Shown piece by piece: positions 57,399 to 64,000 of a stretch of DNA of 64,000 nucleotides. The DNA comes from Candidatus Latescibacterota bacterium (lineage in GTDB: Bacteria; Latescibacterota; UBA2968; UBA8231). Within the stretch, counting starts at the first letter, position 1. Each line of letters begins with the position of its first letter. Both the position numbers and the translations under genes were made by a program. The stretch is taken from contig CBDFJF010000002.1 of NCBI GenBank assembly GCA_965248265.1, forward strand, positions 1,248,001 through 1,312,000, in the 5' to 3' direction. Under the pieces are notes generated by a model. That model did not search any database. It was not told the DNA's origin and was given only the letters and a program-made list of their open reading frames with translations.

Positions 57399-60300
57399 TC
57401 AATTCTCGAGTCTGAAGACAGCTTCCGAGAGGAATTGAAGCTTCACAGGTCCCAACAATCCGGACACCGTCTGTCCTTCCAACACGTATTTGGTAGGATA
57501 GGTACTCATGTGGTTGGCCAGCGTGTTCACGACTTTCACCTGGATCTGGTTCGGCCCCTCTTTTACCAATTGGGTGAGGTCGAAGCGGTAGGGTGAGGCC
57601 ATCCCGATCCCCGCCGGCTTCCCGTTCACATGCACCTCGGCCGTCGTCGCCACCCTCCCCAGATCCAGGACCACCTTTCCTGCACGCGGCTTCTCCTCCA
57701 GCTTCACTTCTTTGGCGTACACCGCACCCCCCGAGTACGTCGCAAGGCCGAAGTCACACCAGTCTCCAAGGGGGATCCTGCCTTCCTCACACGTGAAGAC
57801 CACGGGCAGTTCAAAGGCGGCTCCGGCATAGCACCCCGGCTCCTGCTCCACCCGCAAGGCGATCTGAGAAGGGTCCTGCCTGGGCGTCTCCAGAACGATC
57901 CTATTCCCATCTGCATCCTCCTCCACGAAGACGGACTGTCCATCTATCCAGGCTGTGACTGCTTTGGCCTTCAGGTTCAAGCTCATGGAACTCAACCCGG
58001 GTGGCGCCGGAAACCGGTACCAGCCGACGCGGCTCTCCTTTTCGGGCGTGATATCGTACAAAAGCCGATGGGGTTCCACGAACCACCTCAGCAGCGGCAC
58101 CTTGGGATTCAAAGGAGGCGCCCCACCGACGCCGTGCAATACGGCGAAGGTAGCCAACCCTTCGCCCTTGGGTTGAACCAGCTTCAGCAGAAGGGAATTC
58201 CACCCCGCTGTGAGACGAACCACCGTCTGTGCGTTCGCTTCCCGGGAGTCGACGGACACAGCTCGTTCGCCGTTCACCCAAGCTTCTCTGGAAAACTCCG
58301 CTGTCCCTCCAACGTCCAGGAGGTAATCCTCTTCTTCCGGCGAATGGACGTTGGTGAAGAGGTAGCGGGTGGCGTCCCGATCCTCGTCGCCGGCGTCAAA
58401 GACGATGAACCTGTCTGAAACACCGCGCAACCCTCCTCCGAGGGTGTTGTGGGTTTCTTCACCTTCATGCCCGAACTTCTGGGAGAAGCTGTACTGCTGC
58501 CACTGCAAACGCTTCCCCTCTACTTCGTACGGTCCGCCCGTCTCGATTTCTCCTGCAAGCGCCCTCTGCAGTATCTCCTCTGGCTCCTTCTCACCGAACG
58601 GACCGGTCGTCCACCAATAGGGGCCGTAGGAATAGGTGACCTGCTGCCACTCGTCGTCGTCCAACTCCGGTCGATGCCAACCCATCTCCGTGCCTGCTTT
58701 TCCTGCCTGCTCTTCCCTGTAGCGGAATCGCCGAGCTTCCGGGCCGATCATCGTCTCCGATGCCGGATATCGGAAGTCACCCCAGCGGTTGTCCATGGTC
58801 GGCTCCAGACGGACCTTCCAGTGTCCATCCAGGGACAGGGGTGCTTCTGGTTCGTCGGCGATCAGATGCGAACGGCGAGCCTCGCCCTGGTGCAAAACAC
58901 GCAGGTGCTTCTTGCCTCCGGAATCGCAGAGCCCGCGAACCTCGAGGCCGTCACCGAGCTTTTCCAGCGATGTCACCAACGTCAGGTCGTCCTCAAGAAT
59001 CTGTGGCCGCCCCCCGGAAGGGACGACAACCAGCAGCGCGCCCTCGTTGGGCTCCATGCCAAGGCGTACCTCCATCCTTCCCTCATCCCCGGTTTGGAAA
59101 CGATGGAGGAGTGTCGTCTCTCCGTTGAAGGCATTCCATAGTTGTGGCTCACCGGAGGCTCTCATCGAGAAGGAGAGGTCCCGTTTCTCGCTCATGGCGT
59201 TGAACAGGAAGTACACGTCCACATCACCGATTTTCCTATGTGTGTGATAGACTTCCTCTTGTGAGGCCACCACATCCTGGGAGATCGCGTCGGACAGTAA
59301 TCCGGGAAGCATCGAGGCGTCCGCGTCCGGCGGCAGAAAGATCCCCTTCCCACCTTGCCCGTTCTCCTGCCGTACCGAGCCCTTGACTGCGTCGCCTGCT
59401 GCAATGCCAAAGATCTCCCTCAACAACGCCTGGATGTTCGGGTCATCCCGACCCTGCTCCGGGGAGGCATTCGGCAACCGGTGGCAGGCCACCACGGTCC
59501 CGCCACTGTCATAGAACGCCTTGATGTGCTCGAGAGTCTGTGTCCGGATCGTCGTCATCGGGGGAAGAACTATGGCGCGGAAGGCCATGCCGGCTAGTCT
59601 CAACTGTCCCTCCCCGACCTCGCCGCTACAGAGGGACCGATCGTCGATGAAGTCCAGGTCGATGCCGCCCTTGTAAATCCGTTTGGCCACCTCATAAGAC
59701 GTCTTCGCGGCCTCGTGCGCGGCGGCGTCGAAGTCCTCTGGATGGTTGAATTTCACTCTCGTGCCCTCCTCCGACATCCTGCCCGCCGGCCAATGTGCGT
59801 GGATGGTGGTGAGGGGATAGAGCTGGGCGACGTCCGGTTGGTGAATCCCCTGGCTGAGGATGTAGCTGAGTCTCGTCACGTAGTCGGTGAAGTGCTTCCA
59901 GTACTGCCAGTAGGGCTGACGGAAGTGGATCTCCGGTGGGACCCACTCGTACCATCCGCCCATGGTGCTGTAGAGGACACCGTGTCGATTGTACAGATTG
60001 ACGCCAAGCGCGTAGTTCTCATGGGTCCAGGTCAGGTTCTGCTCGGTCGTATGGCCCCAGCCGGTGCCCCAGTAGACACACGCCCCCACCCGCTCCCGTC
60101 CATACAGATCGGCGATGGAGCTGGCCATCTTGGCCTGGAAGGTCCGGGTGCGTCGGCTGTTCTCTTCGTTGCCCGGTATCGTGTAGTGGGACATGTAGCG
60201 AAAGAAATCGCCGTAGTTGTAGGTCTGACTCAGCATGTCTTCGCTTTTGCCGTTCGGGCAGAATTCGGTATAGAGCAATCCCCGTTTCTCCAGCCCGCGG

Positions 60301-61271
60301 GACAGGGGGGCGTAGAGGTTTTCTTCCACCATCGAAGCCATGAGGTCGTAGTAGTCGCACCGAATCTTGTCCGTCATCGGGCCGATGTCGTGGAACAGTC
60401 CGATCAGGTGGGGCGCGGGATCATAGCCTTTTTCCGTCTTGAATCGATCGAACAGGGCAGGGGAGCAGAGAATGCTGCCGTTGAGGACGAAGACTTCGTC
60501 CGTGCCGTGGGCCTGCAGCGTCTCGCCGACGAAATCCCCGAGCTCTTCGTCGTACGCCCCCAGCAGCATGCCCAGCCACCGATCCGCCACGAATGGGTGG
60601 AGGTAGTCCAGATCGTGGGGTTGCCCCGTGACCACGGCCACCAGCCATCCCGCCTCACCGGCCTCCCACGTCAGCCTGTGGTCTTTTACGGCAGCGCCCA
60701 GATCTTCAAAAGCTGGATCCTTCAAGGACGAATCCTCCAGTCGCCCGTCGACGGTTTTTCTGTAGGCGGCCGCGTGGAGCACCTCCTCGTCGGCAGGGAT
60801 ATCCACGGTGATGAGACCGGGTGCCTTTGATTCCTCTGTGTGAAGCACCAGACGCCGACCGGCCAGGCTCGGATTTTCCTCGCGCTCGGCGCGTAACCTG
60901 TCCTGAAAGAACTGGCGCGCTGTCCAGTCATTGAGCCATGCGACCATACCCAGCCGACGATGCTCCTCCATGGAGAATCGGGTAAAGTCCCACCACTTCT
61001 GTGTCCAGTAGGGGGGATCTGAACTAAACGGTTCTTCGCCCAAGAACCTGGGGTAGAACCAGGTGCCGGCAACGCCCTTCGCGTTCATCTCTTCCAGTTG
61101 CCACCGCATTCGCTCTTCGTCGAGCTGTCCGGCTTCCCACCACCAGCAGTCTATGGGTCCGTACTCCCTGGGAGGAGATTGGAACTGACGCCGAAGGGTC
61201 TCCGTCGAAGGTGGGGACGCACGTCGCTGTTCGGAAGCGGAGGAATGGGGTTCGCGATCAGACGGCATCAC
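57399..61271 (-). CDS. Large glycoside hydrolase, GH106 (alpha-L-rhamnosidase)-like, with C-terminal GH2-type sugar-binding domain
   Basis: FQSPP.EY.P..WWW, QLEEM.AKG, PPE..FRQPYW and LDLG.V...AEV.VNG...PYRFD...G.N.....VVNTL...SGLLGPV. No signal peptide. Confidence 0.75.
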   Translation of the reverse strand: MMPSDREPHSSASEQRRASPPSTETLRRQFQSPPREYGPIDCWWWEAGQLDEERMRWQLEEMNAKGVAGTWFYPRFLGEEPFSSDPPYWTQKWWDFTRFSMEEHRRLGMVAWLNDWTARQFFQDRLRAEREENPSLAGRRLVLHTEESKAPGLITVDIPADEEVLHAAAYRKTVDGRLEDSSLKDPAFEDLGAAVKDHRLTWEAGEAGWLVAVVTGQPHDLDYLHPFVADRWLGMLLGAYDEELGDFVGETLQAHGTDEVFVLNGSILCSPALFDRFKTEKGYDPAPHLIGLFHDIGPMTDKIRCDYYDLMASMVEENLYAPLSRGLEKRGLLYTEFCPNGKSEDMLSQTYNYGDFFRYMSHYTIPGNEENSRRTRTFQAKMASSIADLYGRERVGACVYWGTGWGHTTEQNLTWTHENYALGVNLYNRHGVLYSTMGGWYEWVPPEIHFRQPYWQYWKHFTDYVTRLSYILSQGIHQPDVAQLYPLTTIHAHWPAGRMSEEGTRVKFNHPEDFDAAAHEAAKTSYEVAKRIYKGGIDLDFIDDRSLCSGEVGEGQLRLAGMAFRAIVLPPMTTIRTQTLEHIKAFYDSGGTVVACHRLPNASPEQGRDDPNIQALLREIFGIAAGDAVKGSVRQENGQGGKGIFLPPDADASMLPGLLSDAISQDVVASQEEVYHTHRKIGDVDVYFLFNAMSEKRDLSFSMRASGEPQLWNAFNGETTLLHRFQTGDEGRMEVRLGMEPNEGALLVVVPSGGRPQILEDDLTLVTSLEKLGDGLEVRGLCDSGGKKHLRVLHQGEARRSHLIADEPEAPLSLDGHWKVRLEPTMDNRWGDFRYPASETMIGPEARRFRYREEQAGKAGTEMGWHRPELDDDEWQQVTYSYGPYWWTTGPFGEKEPEEILQRALAGEIETGGPYEVEGKRLQWQQYSFSQKFGHEGEETHNTLGGGLRGVSDRFIVFDAGDEDRDATRYLFTNVHSPEEEDYLLDVGGTAEFSREAWVNGERAVSVDSREANAQTVVRLTAGWNSLLLKLVQPKGEGLATFAVLHGVGGAPPLNPKVPLLRWFVEPHRLLYDITPEKESRVGWYRFPAPPGLSSMSLNLKAKAVTAWIDGQSVFVEEDADGNRIVLETPRQDPSQIALRVEQEPGCYAGAAFELPVVFTCEEGRIPLGDWCDFGLATYSGGAVYAKEVKLEEKPRAGKVVLDLGRVATTAEVHVNGKPAGIGMASPYRFDLTQLVKEGPNQIQVKVVNTLANHMSTYPTKYVLEGQTVSGLLGPVKLQFLSEAVFRLEN

Positions 61272-61309
61272 TCAATCCCCGACACGATGCATTGAACGCC
61301 CGTTTGCGT

Positions 61310-62752
61310 TCATGCAGCAAACTGAAACGCGAACAGCTTCGTGGAGCGCATCACGAAGCGCAGCCGTACCGTGGTCTCTCTCAACGCGGACAGATCGGAC
61401 GAACCCTTCCACGTGATCAATTTCGCCACCGAATTGCCGCTGATGGTGTCGCATTGATCCAGGCCAAACGATGCCAGGGCTTGCCCATCGGCAGACTGTA
61501 TCTCGACCTGCAGCCACCCGCCGGCACTACCGTCCATGTTGACTTCAAGGCGCGATCCGGAAAAAATCACGGGCGGTGTGGTGAAGGCCCCGCCGCCGTA
61601 CCCGGCATGGACCGACACGAATCCATCCTGTCGAATTCGAGCCCGGAAGACACCGGCCATGGCCGGGTCCCGGTTCTCGTCCCGATGGTCGTGGCCGACC
61701 CCCCCGTAGTACATCCACAGCTCGTTTTCAACCGGAATGAGCCAGGGATTGGCGTAGATCATGTTGCCGTTAGCCGATCCGTCGGGTCCGAGACGGAGGA
61801 ACGGCTCGCGGTCGGGATGCTGCCACCACGTCATCCCGTCACGTGAAGTCGCCAGCCGGACGTCAACGGTGGATGGAAAGTGGTCCTCCTGCCAGTGGTA
61901 GTAGGCTGCCGGCATCAGGATGTAGGCGTTGGGAACCCCGGGGACCTTCATGCCGCCCGGAGTATAGAAATCGACAGTCGGCCGCATGCCCGGCGTGCCG
62001 GGCACGGGGCTGTCCTCATCGATATCGTCGGCCTTGAATATCTTCTCGGCCCTCGTCCATTCCCGGAAATCGTCCGAAAACATGATTCCGGCCGAGCAAG
62101 TCCGCCCTCTGCCCTCCGGACGCTCCTTGATCCGCACGAAGCCGACGTATTTCTCCAGGTCTTCGTCCCAGAAGCAAAAGCTCTGGGTATCGGCCGCATT
62201 CCCCTTCCACAGGGGATAGCCTTGGTCGCAACGACTCCAGTGCAATCCGTCCGGGGAGACCATCCCCCACAATCCGGTGCCGATGCCCTGCTCTTTCTCC
62301 TGGTCCGTCGCGTAGTACTTCGTCCACAGCTTGTAGCGCTCTGAAGCAAGCCCATGGTCATCGCGGAAGACGCTGCCACCGGCCATACGGGAAGGGGCGA
62401 CGATGCTGTTGCTTTTGGATCCACGAAACTCAATCTGGCCGATCTCCGACTTTTTCCAGTGGACTCCATCCTCCGACTCGGCATGACACAGCGCGCGGTG
62501 GGTCTGTCCATCTGTCCCGTCGGCAACGGCGTCGTACCACATGCGGAACGCACCGTTTTCGCGCAGTACTGTACTGAAGGGACCGAGCCCAAATTCCTCC
62601 CAGGGTTGGTCGGCTGTCAGGACCGGATCACGATCCTGGAATGCTTTTTCCGCGGTTAGGGAGACCCCGTTCGATTCCTCCAGGAACAGCTCATCGAATA
62701 ACAGCTGCTTCCGTGATCCCAGCTCCATCGGCTTTGCATCGTTCGATCCCAT
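61310..62752 (-). CDS. Five-bladed beta-propeller glycoside-hydrolase-like protein
   Basis: QLLFD, AESEDGVHW, SPDGLHW, SRDG..W, RQDGFVS and RLRF....KLFAFQF motifs. Confidence 0.7.
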   Translation of the reverse strand: MGSNDAKPMELGSRKQLLFDELFLEESNGVSLTAEKAFQDRDPVLTADQPWEEFGLGPFSTVLRENGAFRMWYDAVADGTDGQTHRALCHAESEDGVHWKKSEIGQIEFRGSKSNSIVAPSRMAGGSVFRDDHGLASERYKLWTKYYATDQEKEQGIGTGLWGMVSPDGLHWSRCDQGYPLWKGNAADTQSFCFWDEDLEKYVGFVRIKERPEGRGRTCSAGIMFSDDFREWTRAEKIFKADDIDEDSPVPGTPGMRPTVDFYTPGGMKVPGVPNAYILMPAAYYHWQEDHFPSTVDVRLATSRDGMTWWQHPDREPFLRLGPDGSANGNMIYANPWLIPVENELWMYYGGVGHDHRDENRDPAMAGVFRARIRQDGFVSVHAGYGGGAFTTPPVIFSGSRLEVNMDGSAGGWLQVEIQSADGQALASFGLDQCDTISGNSVAKLITWKGSSDLSALRETTVRLRFVMRSTKLFAFQFAA

Positions 62753-62813
62753 GTTAATCCCTCATCAACCCTGCGCGCGGTAATGTGCAGCTACAATGCT
62801 GCGATGCGATGAA

Positions 62814-63806
62814 TCAGTTCCCTTGACTCCGCATGCCCTCGACCCGCTCTATGATCGTGTCCTCCCAGCCGCCCGGTTCCGAGGGCGGGATCTTGTCCTC
62901 CTGGCGCATGGACTCGAGCACCTGCCGCATGCCCTCCTCGAGCGTTATCCGCGGCTGGAATTCGGGGACATCCCTGAACAGATCTTCGGCGCTGTAATAG
63001 CAATTATGAGAGAAGATATTCCTGCAGATGCGGACCGTCGGAACCTCAAACAACTCGAGGTCGTCACAGCTGAGACCTACCATCTCGACGGTCGAGCCCA
63101 ACACCTTCATGGCGGTCTCGTGGTAGCGCCTCCACGGCGTGAAGCCTTCAGGCACCATGTTGTAGGTCTGGCCGATGCACTTTGTCCTGCCCAGCATGTG
63201 AGCGAAGCACAAGGCGGCATCATCCACATGCAGGTGCTGGTGAAAGGCGTGACCGTCGCCGCAGATCAATATCGGACGCCCCTCAACCACCCGGTTGATC
63301 CAGCTGAAATCCCAGGCAATCTGCCGCAGGATTCCCATCTGCGGACCATATGTCGTCGAGGGCTTGACAACGGTAGCGGGGAATTGCTCCTGCTTGAAGG
63401 CCTCAAGAAAAACCTCATCTGCAGCGACCTTGTTGCTTCCGTACTCGGTGATCGGCCGCAGCGGATGATCCACCGTCACCGGGAACCAGTCGTAGTCGAC
63501 GCCGTAGGTGCATACGGTGGAGACCTGAATGAAGTGGCCGACGCCGCGGAATGCCCGCACATCACTGAGCGCGTCCTCGCGATTGTAGCAGATCACATCG
63601 ATCGCCGAGTCGAATGCCTCTCGTTGCATCGTCTCCTCGAAGCGATCGCGTTCGAGCCGGTCCCCGACGATCACTCTGGCGCCCTCGGGCGCCGTGCCGC
63701 GCTGACCCCGGTTGAAGCAGGTGACCTCATGCCCGAGTTCGAGCAACAGCTTGACCGTGCTGGTGCTGATGTTGCCGGTCCCGCCTACGACACAAACCCT
63801 CATCAT
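62814..63806 (-). CDS. NAD-dependent epimerase/dehydratase family
   Basis: VVGGTGNIS, FNRG, YGSNK and PSTTYGP motifs. Confidence 0.85.
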   Translation of the reverse strand: MMRVCVVGGTGNISTSTVKLLLELGHEVTCFNRGQRGTAPEGARVIVGDRLERDRFEETMQREAFDSAIDVICYNREDALSDVRAFRGVGHFIQVSTVCTYGVDYDWFPVTVDHPLRPITEYGSNKVAADEVFLEAFKQEQFPATVVKPSTTYGPQMGILRQIAWDFSWINRVVEGRPILICGDGHAFHQHLHVDDAALCFAHMLGRTKCIGQTYNMVPEGFTPWRRYHETAMKVLGSTVEMVGLSCDDLELFEVPTVRICRNIFSHNCYYSAEDLFRDVPEFQPRITLEEGMRQVLESMRQEDKIPPSEPGGWEDTIIERVEGMRSQGN

Positions 63807-63819
63807 AATCTCCTGAGCT

Positions 63820-64000
63820 TCAGTGCGGGGGCTCTTCCGCCTCCGAGTCGAGCCAATAGGAATAGAGCGCCGCGTTCTGTAGCTGGAAACGCAGCTGTAT
63901 GGGGCGATTCAGATGGTTCTGCAAATCGCCCGATGCCCACTGTACGGGAAACCGCTGTTGGTCTCCTCTCACCTCGCTGGAGCGCGCGACCACCGAACCG
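63820..64000 (-). CDS. Partial (3' end) of a protein with the same C-terminal beta-sandwich as the propeller GH-like proteins
   Basis: Manual translation gives ...VRGDQQRFPVQWASGDLQNHLNRPIQLRFQLQNAALYSYWLDSEAEEPPH*. Confidence 0.6.
   Translation of the reverse strand, partial: GSVVARSSEVRGDQQRFPVQWASGDLQNHLNRPIQLRFQLQNAALYSYWLDSEAEEPPH

Overview
High-GC (about 60% by eye) bacterial DNA made up almost entirely of carbohydrate and acid-sugar catabolic genes. It holds six enolase-superfamily dehydratases, three aldo-keto reductases, three Gfo/Idh/MocA oxidoreductases, several SDR/epimerases, lactonases, aldolases, a sulfatase and a LarA-family protein. It also holds about ten glycosidase-like proteins without evident signal peptides and two paralogous ~650-aa DUF6785/DUF6784-type membrane proteins. 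This gene complement resembles Latescibacterota/Poribacteria-type genomes (inference only). I saw no rRNA, tRNA or CRISPR array and recognised no transcription factor. The main anomaly is at 23.7-30.5 kb. An ISCR/IS91-type HUH transposase is followed by a 225-bp end that recurs as a ~98% identical direct repeat 4.9 kb downstream. The two copies bracket a low-GC, foreign-looking glycan-modification cargo. Each ends in a 28-bp site built like a Xer dif site (ATTAACGATAA-CCTATT-TTATAGCCACT), then AAGCAC. The unit sits inside a diverged ~660-bp duplication of a larA/glycosidase junction. Other notable items are a recently amplified 7 x 123-bp beta-propeller lipoprotein with two hypervariable loops, and a LarA homologue with Arg in place of a catalytic His. 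Single-base frameshifts cluster at 23-31 kb, so assembly error there must be excluded.
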